Below, one piece after another: positions 12,701 through 21,745 of a stretch of 64,000 bases of DNA (position 1 is the stretch's first letter; every line of letters begins with the position of its first letter). The notes under the pieces were generated by a model. The model saw nothing but the letters and a program-made list of their open reading frames with translations. It searched no databases and was not told the origin of the DNA. The stretch is from a virus. The stretch spans positions 1 to 64,000 of the IMG/VR virus record IMGVR_UViG_3300019776_000550. One strand, written 5' to 3'. Made by a program: the position numbers and the translations under genes.

Positions 12701-15645
12701 GACCTTCTTATGGCGGCAAATGGCTTCATAAATTACCAAAAGCTTTTATTGAAGTTAAAATTAGAGAATTTTATGAGGAAGCGGCTAATAATCCTGATAA
12801 ACAATATAAAATTGCATATAATGATGATGTTAATAAAGTATTGTTAAATGGTTATACAGGTATAGAAATGGCTGAAATGTTTAAAGCAGCAGGTGATATT
12901 CCTAATAACGTTTTGTTTAGTAAAAAATGGGTAGATGCTGATTTATTCAATAAAGTAGAAAAGCTCGATGAAAATAATATAGAAGATTTTTTACAATATT
13001 CTCATTGGAAGTACATGGGTATTCAAGTTGAAATGCCTTTAGCTCACGAAAAAGTTACTTTTGGTACGCAGTTTCGTAAACTTGTTACTGAAAGTATTCC
13101 TGACGGAATTACATTAAGAAATTATGATAGACCATTAAGTGGTGATGAACTTATTGCAATACATGAAAATCTTATTTTAGAAAAAATTAAAGCTGACACG
13201 GAGAAGTTCAAAGCTCGTTTTAAACTAAAAGATGATTTTACTTTTGGAGAAATTGTAGATAAGAAAGATAGAGAAGAGTTTAAAAAACAACTTATTCAAC
13301 AAGCTACTAGTAGAGAAGTTCCTGAAAGTTTTATTCAAGCTCTTAAAGATAATAACTCTTGGGATTATATTATGAATAAATCTACATTACAAAAAATTCT
13401 AAATGCTTCTATTCGCAATAACTTGATTTCACAAAAGATGACAGGTGATGCTAAAGCAATGGTAAGTAGTGTAGGTTTTGAAAGAGCTAATAAATCTATT
13501 GATTATAGTAACAGACTTCAATTTTATTCAGATACAAATGATGCAATTGAAGTGTTATTACCATATGAACATAGAAAAGCTTTTGTTAAATATACTGTAT
13601 TCAAAGATGGTTATTATCAACTTAGTCCTGATACACCTAGAGAATTAACTGATTTGATAGGGTATCGTATTCCAACACAAGGTCACGCTTCTATTGATAA
13701 ACTTAGAATAAAAGGATTTTTACCAGCAGATTATGGTAATGCAATTGTAGTACCTTTTGAACTTAGTAAAAAAGCAGGTAGTGACTTTGACATTGACAAG
13801 TTAAATATCTTTTTTCCTAAGTTAAAAAATAATGAATATGATACTGAATCTATTGAAAATAAGATTTTAGAATTTTATAATGATGTTCTTTCTTCACCTG
13901 AATATCGTAAATTATTGATGACTTCAATTGATAATAGTGAAATTAAAGATATTATTACAGGAGAAATTGAACCTGCACAAGGTAGTAAGAAGCTTAATGA
14001 TGGTTATTTAATGTTTGACCCATTAAAAGCTGTTGAAAGAAGATATAGCTTTATGAGTGCTAAATCAACATTAGGTAGTGTTGCTCTTCATGCTACTCAC
14101 CATGCTGAATCTCAAAAACATAAACTTGGTATTAGAGTTAGACACACTGTTAATAGTAGAGGAGGTGCTTTAATTACAAAAGTTGATGGTGTAAGTTTAA
14201 TAGATTTGCTTAACTTATTTGAAAGCGGTAGAAATATTAATAATACATATAAAGATTCAGATTTTATACCTCTTTATAATACAGATTCACCATTAGTAAG
14301 AAATGGTGAATTTGTTAAAATATCTGATATAATAGGTCAATTCATTAACGCAACTGTAGATGCTGCTAAAGATGATTATATTACATCTGCTAATATTGAT
14401 ATGAATACTATCAATACAGTTTTAATGTTAATTAGAATAGGAATGCATCCAAGAGAAGTATTAATGATGGTTAGTAATAATGCTGTTAAGCAATATGCAG
14501 AACTTAAAAGAGCTAGAACTGACTTAACTTACGACTCATCACTTATTGATATGAAATTAGAAGCGTTAATATCAAAAGCTAATAATGAAGCTTCTTTTAA
14601 AGGTTTGAATAATGAAACAGCATTAAACTCATTAAAAGAAACTGATTATGGTATTTTAAAAACTTATATGGCTTTAGAAAAATGGTCTGAAAAACTTTCT
14701 GATTTAATGAACATTAGTAACTTTGATACTAAAGGTACTGGTAAAAGCATTGAAGAAAATGAATATAGACAACGCAAGTTTGAACAAAGTAAATCTGATT
14801 TAAAAACTTATTTTCATAACTTTGATAATTCTATTAATCCTGAAAATAGTTTTCAATCAGCATTTAGAGAAATTGCATTTAAAGCTAATAATTTTACTGG
14901 ATTAGCATTTGGTTTAAATAAACTTTATTATTCTAAAACATCTGATGGTAAACCTCAATTTCCTGAATATTATGATGCACTTAATAAATATGCTTATGAT
15001 GAAAAGATTAATGTAGGTTCTACAGAATCAGGTTTTGATAAACTTAAAAGACTATCTGCTGATGAAAGAACTTATAGAGCTAATAGATTTAAACAAATGT
15101 TTTTAACAGCATTGTTACAATATAATATCATTGCTAAAAATAAGTTTGAACAGCCTGATTTAAAATCAATTTATGCAAACCTTAAAGCTAATTTACCTAC
15201 TGGATACTTTAGAAATAAATTATTATTCTTGGATAATGCAGAAGGAGTGTCTGGACAACAAGCAATTGTTTTAAATGAAGGTGCGTCTTTATCAGTAGAT
15301 GAGTCTAATAGAATATCATTTGCATTTGAAGAATTGTATAGAAATAAGCCTGAATTAGCAAAAGATTTGGTTATTTTTAGTATATTCCAATCGGGATTAA
15401 TGAACAGCCCTGTAACTCTTTATCATATTTTACCTGAACATATTATTAAAGAAATTTCAGCACCTGTTGGAAGTAACGATAATTTATTTGATGCATTGAT
15501 GCAAGCTGGTACTAAGTATAATAGCAAGCTTATAGGATATTTAGTATCAGATGTTGAAAATAAGTTAAAATCAAGTAGAAATAAGTATAATAATAAAGTA
15601 GCTGATATGGCTGTTAAAAAAGGTATAGAAATCTGTAATAAGTAA
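3784..15645 (+). CDS. Giant virion-encapsidated DNA-dependent RNA polymerase (crAss-type) with zincin protease domain
   Basis: GSDFDIDKL catalytic motif at ~13783, YRIPTQG at ~13663, DAQGY motif, zincin HEEFH...EELLAEGF at ~9304; 3953 aa. Confidence 0.9.
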   Translation: MGKQLSKAAQDALSYYQNQEVINAPNTELDGSKYLKGFSETNLNSINDYKANKQIWYEGLTNSLVKNTAKAGIRFVDGFGGVATALTDIVTNNSLSSAIEGEDMAAKREGVTGVLETIYDNPFSKNITRPLEAWLDEQLPVYQTEAQQQSYNPLNLGFLDKALDGVAYIAGMAGGAKFATLGAKGLGKAAKFISAAAREGKDLNYVKTLFGESTSLLDDLAKSKNSPVKELATNLWDDMFGAMVESGAEAAETKKTIFENLKNKALAENKGLPLTKEQEAELEKQASVGGAANFLVNMVTTGMANNVVFKPLLKTKWLDDVIGNTAIKNEMINPNFIGKKGTDYILDKTVKNQKLYERLFKSDVTKNILTEGTQEGVQFASNDYFVNLLSEPSKESVDELGDLYAAVTRGGLETFMKTAQNMGSVDAVHSMLIGSLLGGGSSALQNIANRKDIDANTQAAIDYANRNSLNNKDVTEGIKYFAKSKEYAQVADAAVRNGDRLTYETAKYLGFANYINARVSMNKFDDVVSELNELKSVPLDKFKEQFDMTYEKGFDEKKRNEMIDYALAVANQIKTSQTKIMSNFGHKINALEAKNPDNKKLLPFLTSLDILRENYTTRENELIDKFKANGVDYTAFQKKEASDEQIAAKQGNLAELQKQLTDIQGNKDLDPKDKLAQINEISNKIVKASDDLQRTVTEGTYKELFRKELTDEYKPQVDDKTQSFIYETYSKDLNDFVAIQTAKEKLIDFYSRITKDESYAEKVVKKLTARKNDTEIAKMFTVSGNLVNKPKVTKKTNDDGKEEEISEDNYVFEEGQAQGDLGREEYIKTGDVYQLNRSIYGYNKGYSQASNKAAAKNKGETYEMFEVVDTKTTVLPDGSLKGEVQVSNNKGYKEWIDVRDFKKIIKPMGQSATAPIKMNNRSEEYKFYQEYNDRAVRFTRDGVTYIGKIALPRVRTTKDGKLVVKAGTYDIIYLDKDGKQKTIQGISFNNNLNRRLNIKSIEILSKNLSNLIDLKLNAEFYISNLLKTIKTKEEKINNYKQKLKALNANDGSVKNIADDIKQLLATSIANEINTRESDVEVLKDSIKNLKLFADKDEAFDLDNPLPKVIQEALDTVQAYRDSNAQLKESDKQKLLKEKLKLINEERKIIAEKLGEISEAIKASLPKDELTQNILDKNDNLTDALLEIIDSQAESPSKDATFVDLYKQLLTKEIELAEIRKELEDDLYDKIAQETGILSPKAIKLGELDAMISFWNYTTNKGYRYSSGYPKWYSKNFHDDADFDVSVSESDNADESIIKTKAPSDPSKISGKYADEKRNFFKYFYSVPVDNVNPINLEVEVDGDTIYLKFEHNKIPMVTTLQSSVKDGSPLAKFRESLKEAYAKNQADGKKTFITPNGKFSAFQKGSVNKPIQEVFKGIDFDIEVAEGKIGEEDVIMEVNKVFYNVKNGRPYVINRKLGILQPVIVGTLAEAKIKDKKGNVFTLADTIFNYITYIKLSKDKVSDNDYQNRIKSFYMHLNSFVFTANSNSIGTQADMVKGAIDIIEAGGEWSLVYLDADGNKQKIDIFDEDGVSKLAKEQIERRLVNPKLETENFKYDNKFSPFVTFIVNENGLPLPVKLDKDDSYTYATFLKESAGLKSNLEVQDITTNPTYFKGGYFTFDVDSKPVVNINNFSPRRIIKKESAQESAAEIPPVVNTKASRRIIKKKDVTDTTSSFDFGATSAQESAAEEADETSSAEVPPVVNTMASRFSVTKNRFQKEADDKSDDSDNFFNKQSLEIAGTARLRDMTTSELEAARDKFENKYGVNFELVNGLINGRAWGMVTKAGEVFISDTAPLGTDYHEEFHLVSQHMLTKSELNDLYAEARNRYGNLNDYELEELLAEGFRMYALGYNGFVGKIAYYFNKLINGIKLLLGIKGTPIEQLYSDILYGKYYAKPVYEGTVRNSQVLSYDEKQEISSHITKFVLHTIKTAGLDNDKKRFIEFINDSYYREKMINEVLNPEDFNDDPDLKQLIIDNNSNAVASYFAVAVHTYMEHLEKTNPFLATKAYNTFKYSEILSFAKAYFNNVLKTNIEEEIDEEEASTTNDIRKKGDAETDFFTSSLTKLRLLIVNESDGTEFGHLNPATFMSMIYNHIRDANEDISDYNSFKNNLISLLSNKNLADRYGKEYTNGLRNIIRLLDMDKPLSDKTDKHTVNLQNLLFEVFSKVENEFQVLKAISSDEIKNKYNTENINDLKKTIQSLDSELLSKIENEFGVSKAISNDKGIIRAFVNQTIEKQHDAIQKRVRDSIIKELVNGNLTLDSKKRSSAEIARVANQLFGTNIYTESMFSSADYASSKLANSMYHTINHILDGRTSDKPTVKEREQQKAERADNIAKILDYNKSSIDRVVATIATSEGLDKVFNIRNAEGSPQYSLSNYSSAHKRLEDYKKKENPLKSDLEFTKLVLMNGVQTKGNETEGITANKLNQLDILLYYIESVLKNKVLPYAFSGDKSTLLGIKAKGYVFEDDYDFTRVYSKILDKEIAFLQAFEGKEVFQKMKLELPTFEILKLSNSKLYTQLLNAVNNNTLTDNLREEAIKALIKHNEIKGYELAAYIKDKTGVEYAESQLVKFYNIYTTSIAEQTNELTGSLNFYSDFAKRAYALSSTKINLRLDEEFVNWYNSKYSKGLYKINANELKSVVINDVERKAFAAELGDFDNAADAQGYMHYHSARFMLVSSGRWNEKLDMIFKDLDRLEAKTLLTESDISQHNDLIEKLNEQVSVLKPQHFGFQNYNGVDVPTFYKLSVLPLSKVITTGSNLDVVRQLMLKSGVDLVMFESANKVGRRIDNGTISMYDKNGNFNLGRVVKLNVNSYDGNIKPDENTVFVFGANPEFRHGGGAAKVAVDKFGIQNKESKSNNAYGLITKDLMGYGNFDESILEVSAFGGVYYESEGATFWPDSVDYKGVRYQKLDDGTTTVGKLVEGKYRKGSQFERPSYGGKWLHKLPKAFIEVKIREFYEEAANNPDKQYKIAYNDDVNKVLLNGYTGIEMAEMFKAAGDIPNNVLFSKKWVDADLFNKVEKLDENNIEDFLQYSHWKYMGIQVEMPLAHEKVTFGTQFRKLVTESIPDGITLRNYDRPLSGDELIAIHENLILEKIKADTEKFKARFKLKDDFTFGEIVDKKDREEFKKQLIQQATSREVPESFIQALKDNNSWDYIMNKSTLQKILNASIRNNLISQKMTGDAKAMVSSVGFERANKSIDYSNRLQFYSDTNDAIEVLLPYEHRKAFVKYTVFKDGYYQLSPDTPRELTDLIGYRIPTQGHASIDKLRIKGFLPADYGNAIVVPFELSKKAGSDFDIDKLNIFFPKLKNNEYDTESIENKILEFYNDVLSSPEYRKLLMTSIDNSEIKDIITGEIEPAQGSKKLNDGYLMFDPLKAVERRYSFMSAKSTLGSVALHATHHAESQKHKLGIRVRHTVNSRGGALITKVDGVSLIDLLNLFESGRNINNTYKDSDFIPLYNTDSPLVRNGEFVKISDIIGQFINATVDAAKDDYITSANIDMNTINTVLMLIRIGMHPREVLMMVSNNAVKQYAELKRARTDLTYDSSLIDMKLEALISKANNEASFKGLNNETALNSLKETDYGILKTYMALEKWSEKLSDLMNISNFDTKGTGKSIEENEYRQRKFEQSKSDLKTYFHNFDNSINPENSFQSAFREIAFKANNFTGLAFGLNKLYYSKTSDGKPQFPEYYDALNKYAYDEKINVGSTESGFDKLKRLSADERTYRANRFKQMFLTALLQYNIIAKNKFEQPDLKSIYANLKANLPTGYFRNKLLFLDNAEGVSGQQAIVLNEGASLSVDESNRISFAFEELYRNKPELAKDLVIFSIFQSGLMNSPVTLYHILPEHIIKEISAPVGSNDNLFDALMQAGTKYNSKLIGYLVSDVENKLKSSRNKYNNKVADMAVKKGIEICNK

Positions 15646-15661
15646 TAAAAATCTATCAAGC

Positions 15662-18600
15662 ATGAGTTGTCAAGTAACTATTGAGAATGGATTACCTTCT
15701 AAAGTACATTCTACTAATGGGCGAGAAAGTAATCTTTATAAGAATTTGTTAGATTATTATAAAGGAGATTCTGTTACAGCTTTTGAAAAGTGGGCTGATT
15801 TAAATTCTAATAAAGATTTATTAGGTTTAACAAACCTTGATTCAAACGGAGAACCTATTGTAAATAACAATTTATATCTTGATAATGATATAACAACTCT
15901 GCTAGATTTTTATGCAAATGAATCTAATAATAGATATGCAGATAGTAAAGTTGTACTTAATCGAGTATTAAAAAATCTTAAAGCTAAATATCCCAAGTTA
16001 GCTAATAATATATACCCTGTAAAAGTACCTACAGGAGGAGGTTATGCTTATAAATTTGATTTAAAAAGTGATAATGTTTATTATCAACTTGGTAATAGTC
16101 AAGTTAAACCTGGAGTAGAAGAGTTATTTGATTCTAATCCTGAGTTAGCTAATATAGGTACTGCTGAACAATACTCTCAATACTTAGATACCATATTTCC
16201 TGATAGTAAAGTAAAGGATATTGTTTATCATGGTACTAAATCAAATGAAGTAAGAACAATATTTGATAAAAATACAATACAAAAAACAGGAGTTGGTTTA
16301 GGAAAAGGATTCTTTTTTGCAGGAGATAAAAGTTATTCTCAAAGAGATGTATATAGCTACAAAACAATTGGCTCATATCTATTAAATTTAAAAAATCCTA
16401 TTTTTGGTTATCCTAATACTTTTATAGAAAAAAATAGAATTAACGATGTTCCTAAAGAATATCTTGAACAATATTCTGATGAAAAAGAATTAAAAAATTT
16501 AGATGCTTCTGAAAAAACAGAATTAATGCAAAAACTTGGATACGATGGTGTTGTTTATAAACAAGGAGAATACGCTAATGAAAATGTAGTATTTGAACCA
16601 GAACAAATCCACATACTAGGAAGTAAAAAAGATATAGAAGGATTTAAAAAGTTTGTTAATCAAAATCAATTTCAACAAAAACAATCTAATCAAAAGCAAC
16701 CTTCTGATAGTAAGCTCAATGCAAAAATTAAAACACTCTTGGAGGCTATTGGTGTAAGAGTTGATTATATTGAGAACAGTAGATTCAAAGATACAGGAGC
16801 TTTAGGTGTAGCAGATATGTTAGCTAAAGTAGCTTATGTATCTATGAACAAAAGTCGTATTGATACTCTTCCTGAAGAAGCAGCTCACTTTTTTGTTGAT
16901 TATATTGAACAAATTAAAGACCCTTTGTTTAATTCTATGATGTATGATATTGAAAAATATGATATATTTATGGAAACTTATCAACAATATAAAAATACTT
17001 ATACAAAAAGCGACGGAAGTCCTGATATGTATAAAATTAGAAAAGAAGCTATTGGTAAAATGATAGCTAAAATTATTGTTGATAGAAATAATGTAAATGA
17101 ATCACAAGGATTAATTGATAGATTTACAAGATGGCTTGATAAAGTTTTAGATAAATTTAAAACTCAATTAGCTAAAATAGGATTAATTAATGAAGCTGCT
17201 GTAGAAAATTATTTTGAATTAGCAGCTAGTAATATTCTTAAAGGTAAGTATCAAGGTGAATTTAATGCAAATAATAATTATTATAACCAACAACTATTGA
17301 CAGAGTCACAAAGAAAAAACATAGCTAACTTAAAGCAATCAGATAGCAGATGGAGTAAGTATAGTGACGAAGATATACAAAGATTTATTGATTCTGTATT
17401 TCCTAATAGCAAAGTAAAAGATATTGTTTATCATGGTACAAAAAATAAATTTGATAATTTTGATATTACCAAATATAGATTTGAAAAAGCTATTTTCTTT
17501 TTTAAAGATTATATAAATGCTTTAAAATGGGAAAGTAATTCATTTACTATAACAAAAAGAGATTTAAGTAATATATTTAAACTAAATGAAGAAATAAATC
17601 TTGATGATAATAGTATAGAAAATAATATTTTTCATGCTTTAGCAGGTGCTGACAATATAGAACAATTAAAAGAACTTCCTAATTACGAATTGTTAATAGA
17701 AGATTTTAATAAAATAGGAGGTGTTGATATTTATTTAAATAAAAATCTTAATGAAATCAGGTTAATTTTAAATAAATATATAAATAAAAACCAAAATAAT
17801 GTTATTTCTGCGATATTAAATTTAAAAAATCCCAAACAAGCTTCTAATTTAAATTATATTAAACAAAGTAAAGAAGGGGAAGAAATTAAAAAAATTTTTA
17901 ATGATGCTTCTAAAAATAATGATGGTGTTATATTAGAAAATATAACAGAATATACATCTTCTTTAAAAGATGCTGAAAAAAATTATAAAACTAAAACTGT
18001 TACTTTTAATGGAATTTTTGGAATACAAACTGATGATTTATATTCAGTAAATACTGATACTCAATATGCAGTATTTGAACCAAGTCAGATTTATATTCTA
18101 AATTCAGATAAAGCTATATCTGATATGGAAAGATTTGTTAATGAAAGTGCTTATTTTCAGCTTAGTAATGAACAAAAGAAATTAGATGCTATTATTACTA
18201 AAAGAAATGATGAAATACGAACAGTAGAAAAAGCAGATGGAAATGATATAAAAGAGATACTTAAAGATGGAGTTTGGCAATATATTAAACGAGTATCAGA
18301 AGTTGTTAAAGCTAAAGGTAAGTATTATAATAATACACAAGAACTGACAGATGTACAAAAGAAAGCCAATGATAATAAAGCTGCTTTTGGTACTAAAGTT
18401 CACAATGATATGATGATTTTAGTAAATAAAGCTTTAGGTAAAACTGACAATAGACCTTTAATGCTTAATTCAGCTTATCATGCAAAAATGAATCGTTTTA
18501 TAAAAGCTATTATTGAAGAATTTAATCCTGACACACATGAATATTATACAGAAGTAAACATTCACAATGGTAAACTTGCTGGTACAATTGATTTGATTAT

Positions 18601-21600
18601 AATAGATTCAGAAGGAAGAGCTAATATATTTGATTATAAAACATCAACTGGTATAATTGATAGACCTAATATTGCAAAATCTTATACTGACAAGTGGTAT
18701 GAGCAACTTATGCAATATAGAACTATATTAAAAGATTACGGAGTAACCAAGTTTGGTCAAACTCGTATGATACCTATTAACGTTAATTTTAGTGATAAAG
18801 TAACTGCAAAAGAAGGTACAGACTTAGTAACTGAATTTCAAATAGGTAATAACAAATACAACGACGAAGAAGGTTTTCAAAATCTTAATCCAGTACCTTC
18901 ACCAGATGAAAGAACTGGAATTACTAACATTGATAAAATGATTAGCAAAATTGAAGACAGGATTCGTCAATTAAGTGCTAAAAGTGATAGTGAAAGTAGA
19001 TATAAAGTTGATGAATTAAAACGTGATATTGCTAAATTACAAGTTAGTAAAAATCTTGACGTAATTAAAAACCAAGCAGAAATTGATTTAAATATTATTA
19101 AAGGTTTAATTAAGAAATCAGAAAGTGAAAGTTTAACAAGTGAAGAAATTTTTAACTTGTTACAACTTTATGATTATTATGAAGATAGACTTAAAGAGAA
19201 TTTAGTTTTTGATAAAGATAAAAAAGCTATACCTGAAATATTAGAAACTTCGGGTTATGTGCAAGAGCAAAAAGAAGTTATTGATAACATTTTAAAAGCT
19301 TATAATAATACATTTGAGGTAACAGATGAAATTATAAAACCTTCTAGTTGGTGGAATAGATTATATAAATTATCAGATTATGATATTCCTGCATTTCAAG
19401 GTTTGTACAAACTTTTTAATAGAATAGCTGCTCAAAAAGAAATAAAAGTTAGAAAACTTAAAGAAGAAGTTAAAGATATAATTGCTCAAATTAAAACTGA
19501 AACAGGTAAAAGCGGAGTCGATATGTTTTTACCAATTTTACAAAAGGATAAAAATGGTAAACCTAATGGTAAACTAATTGCTCAAAAGAAAGCTGAATGG
19601 TTTACTTTTGTTGACGATAATCAAAAAGGTTTGTATAAAAATCTTGATTCGTTTTCAATGAGTCATATTAAAAATACTCCATTAGGACAATATGTGAAGT
19701 TAGATGAACTCAATGAATACTTTAAAACTAAATTAACAGAAAAAGCAAAATCATTAGAATCATCTTCTGATACTTATAAAGCAGAAGCATTAAAAAGATA
19801 TAAAGCTTTTCTTATTAGTGTTACACTTGGTAAAGCTAATTCAAAGTTTTATGATACTGAAAATGCTAATTTTGATAAATTCTTAAATCCTGAGTATGTT
19901 ACATACATCAGAAGTAATCCTAATGGGGGATTAGCAAAGATTTATAAAAAAATAGTAGAACTTAATCAGTATGCTAATCAACATGCTGACGCTGATATAA
20001 GACATACTAACTTAATACCTTATGTTCGTAAAGGTACAGTTAGGAATTTTATAGATAGTGGATTTAATCTTAGAGCTTTAAGAGACAATGCACTTGATGA
20101 CCTTCGTACAGAAGAGTGGGAATCGTTTGAATTAGATTCACAAGGTAATAAAATATATAAAGTTCCACTTCAATATAATACAAGTGAAAGTAAAAGAGAT
20201 GTATCACAACAGTCATTTGATTTAGGTGAAGTTCTTGTTTTATGGGCTGATGCAGTTTATGGTAATGAACTTTTACAAAATCAACATGATACATCGTTGT
20301 TGTTTTTAGAAGGACTTAAAAGAAGCAAAGAATATGTAACTCAAAATGGTAAGTTAGTTACTAAAAATGGAGAATATGCAACTAAAAATACAGATTTTGA
20401 AACTATTCAACAATATATAGAATATCATAACAATTTCTTTTATGGTCAATCATCTAAAGATGAAGATAGTGAATTATTAGGAATGAGTAGAAGAAAAGCA
20501 GTTAAAGCTGTTAGTAAACATTTTTCAGCTACTCAATTAGCAATAAATTTATTTTCAGGATTATCTAACCTTACAGGAGGATTAGTAGGTGCTTATTCTT
20601 ATGCTGGAGATGAATTTAAAAAATCTGATTATACTAAAGCACAATATCAACTTACATTAAAGAGTATTTTTAACAAGGATTCTAAAGTTTATGCAGCAAT
20701 TAAAATGTTTGATGTAGATTCAAATGTTTATGATGCTAGTAATTTTAAAGATGTAAGTGTTGATAAAATTAATAAATTCTTTACTTGGGATAAACTTTAT
20801 ACTTTACAGAAAAAAGGAGACTGGTTGTTGCAAAATGCAACATTAGTAGCTATGTCACAGAATTATACCATTAAAGATAATAAAATAGTAAAAAAAACAG
20901 ACGGAGATAAAAACCTGTTAGAACTATTAGAAGTTAATGATAAAGGTCAGTATAGATTACCAATAGCTAATGAAGAGGAATTATTTAGATTTAGAGAAAA
21001 AGTAAGAGCTGTTAACTCTCAAATTATAGGTAATACAAGTGAATATGATATACAACTTGCTGGAAATACTCTTACTGGACAACTATCACTTCAATTTCGT
21101 AGATGGATGTTACCAATAGGAACAAGTAAATTTGGTTCTCTTAAATATAATGCAACTTTAGAAAAAATGACTTATGGTAAATACAGAAGTACTGGCAAGC
21201 TTGTGTGGGAAACCATGATAAAAGAAAAAACTCTTAAACCTATATTTGAGTTTATTAAGAATACTAAAAATGGTAAATTAGATTTATGGTTATTAGAAAA
21301 ATATAATGAAGACCTTAAAATTAACCCTAAACTAGGTAGCTTTGATGATTATAGAAATCTATATTTTAGAAATATGAAAGCTACTTTGATGGAAGCTACT
21401 ATTCTACTGGGTATTATAGGACTTAAAGCTGGTTTAAAAGGTGATGATGATGAAGAAAAAGAAGCTTGGCAAAAAGTATTAAATCGTATTTTAAGTAGAA
21501 CAGTTGCTGAAAACAGTTTTTGGTTTAATCCAAATAGCTTTTTTGAAATTGTACAATCACCTATTCCTATGATTAATTTTGCTAGAAATATTTATGATGT

Positions 21601-21745
21601 ATTTACAATACCAAAAGATGTTTATGAAGCATTTATTTTAGGAGAAGAAGATGTTTTTGATAATTATGATAAGTTTGGAAAATTAATAATAGGTTACAAC
21701 AGTTGGTTGTCTTTTATGAATGAAATAGAAAAAGATAATGAGTAA
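15662..21745 (+). CDS. Large polyvalent virion/ejection protein (two ART-like modules, degenerate zincin, PD-(D/E)xK nuclease)
   Basis: Two VYHGT...LNLKNP...DGV...VFEPxQI modules; PEEAAH; GTKVH...AGTIDLIIID...IFDYKT...QLMQY. Confidence 0.7.
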   Translation: MSCQVTIENGLPSKVHSTNGRESNLYKNLLDYYKGDSVTAFEKWADLNSNKDLLGLTNLDSNGEPIVNNNLYLDNDITTLLDFYANESNNRYADSKVVLNRVLKNLKAKYPKLANNIYPVKVPTGGGYAYKFDLKSDNVYYQLGNSQVKPGVEELFDSNPELANIGTAEQYSQYLDTIFPDSKVKDIVYHGTKSNEVRTIFDKNTIQKTGVGLGKGFFFAGDKSYSQRDVYSYKTIGSYLLNLKNPIFGYPNTFIEKNRINDVPKEYLEQYSDEKELKNLDASEKTELMQKLGYDGVVYKQGEYANENVVFEPEQIHILGSKKDIEGFKKFVNQNQFQQKQSNQKQPSDSKLNAKIKTLLEAIGVRVDYIENSRFKDTGALGVADMLAKVAYVSMNKSRIDTLPEEAAHFFVDYIEQIKDPLFNSMMYDIEKYDIFMETYQQYKNTYTKSDGSPDMYKIRKEAIGKMIAKIIVDRNNVNESQGLIDRFTRWLDKVLDKFKTQLAKIGLINEAAVENYFELAASNILKGKYQGEFNANNNYYNQQLLTESQRKNIANLKQSDSRWSKYSDEDIQRFIDSVFPNSKVKDIVYHGTKNKFDNFDITKYRFEKAIFFFKDYINALKWESNSFTITKRDLSNIFKLNEEINLDDNSIENNIFHALAGADNIEQLKELPNYELLIEDFNKIGGVDIYLNKNLNEIRLILNKYINKNQNNVISAILNLKNPKQASNLNYIKQSKEGEEIKKIFNDASKNNDGVILENITEYTSSLKDAEKNYKTKTVTFNGIFGIQTDDLYSVNTDTQYAVFEPSQIYILNSDKAISDMERFVNESAYFQLSNEQKKLDAIITKRNDEIRTVEKADGNDIKEILKDGVWQYIKRVSEVVKAKGKYYNNTQELTDVQKKANDNKAAFGTKVHNDMMILVNKALGKTDNRPLMLNSAYHAKMNRFIKAIIEEFNPDTHEYYTEVNIHNGKLAGTIDLIIIDSEGRANIFDYKTSTGIIDRPNIAKSYTDKWYEQLMQYRTILKDYGVTKFGQTRMIPINVNFSDKVTAKEGTDLVTEFQIGNNKYNDEEGFQNLNPVPSPDERTGITNIDKMISKIEDRIRQLSAKSDSESRYKVDELKRDIAKLQVSKNLDVIKNQAEIDLNIIKGLIKKSESESLTSEEIFNLLQLYDYYEDRLKENLVFDKDKKAIPEILETSGYVQEQKEVIDNILKAYNNTFEVTDEIIKPSSWWNRLYKLSDYDIPAFQGLYKLFNRIAAQKEIKVRKLKEEVKDIIAQIKTETGKSGVDMFLPILQKDKNGKPNGKLIAQKKAEWFTFVDDNQKGLYKNLDSFSMSHIKNTPLGQYVKLDELNEYFKTKLTEKAKSLESSSDTYKAEALKRYKAFLISVTLGKANSKFYDTENANFDKFLNPEYVTYIRSNPNGGLAKIYKKIVELNQYANQHADADIRHTNLIPYVRKGTVRNFIDSGFNLRALRDNALDDLRTEEWESFELDSQGNKIYKVPLQYNTSESKRDVSQQSFDLGEVLVLWADAVYGNELLQNQHDTSLLFLEGLKRSKEYVTQNGKLVTKNGEYATKNTDFETIQQYIEYHNNFFYGQSSKDEDSELLGMSRRKAVKAVSKHFSATQLAINLFSGLSNLTGGLVGAYSYAGDEFKKSDYTKAQYQLTLKSIFNKDSKVYAAIKMFDVDSNVYDASNFKDVSVDKINKFFTWDKLYTLQKKGDWLLQNATLVAMSQNYTIKDNKIVKKTDGDKNLLELLEVNDKGQYRLPIANEEELFRFREKVRAVNSQIIGNTSEYDIQLAGNTLTGQLSLQFRRWMLPIGTSKFGSLKYNATLEKMTYGKYRSTGKLVWETMIKEKTLKPIFEFIKNTKNGKLDLWLLEKYNEDLKINPKLGSFDDYRNLYFRNMKATLMEATILLGIIGLKAGLKGDDDEEKEAWQKVLNRILSRTVAENSFWFNPNSFFEIVQSPIPMINFARNIYDVFTIPKDVYEAFILGEEDVFDNYDKFGKLIIGYNSWLSFMNEIEKDNE

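Noticed and set aside
16196-17439. Diversity-generating retroelement TR/VR pair
   Set aside because: The repeat is short, both copies are coding, and no reverse transcriptase is present in the window.
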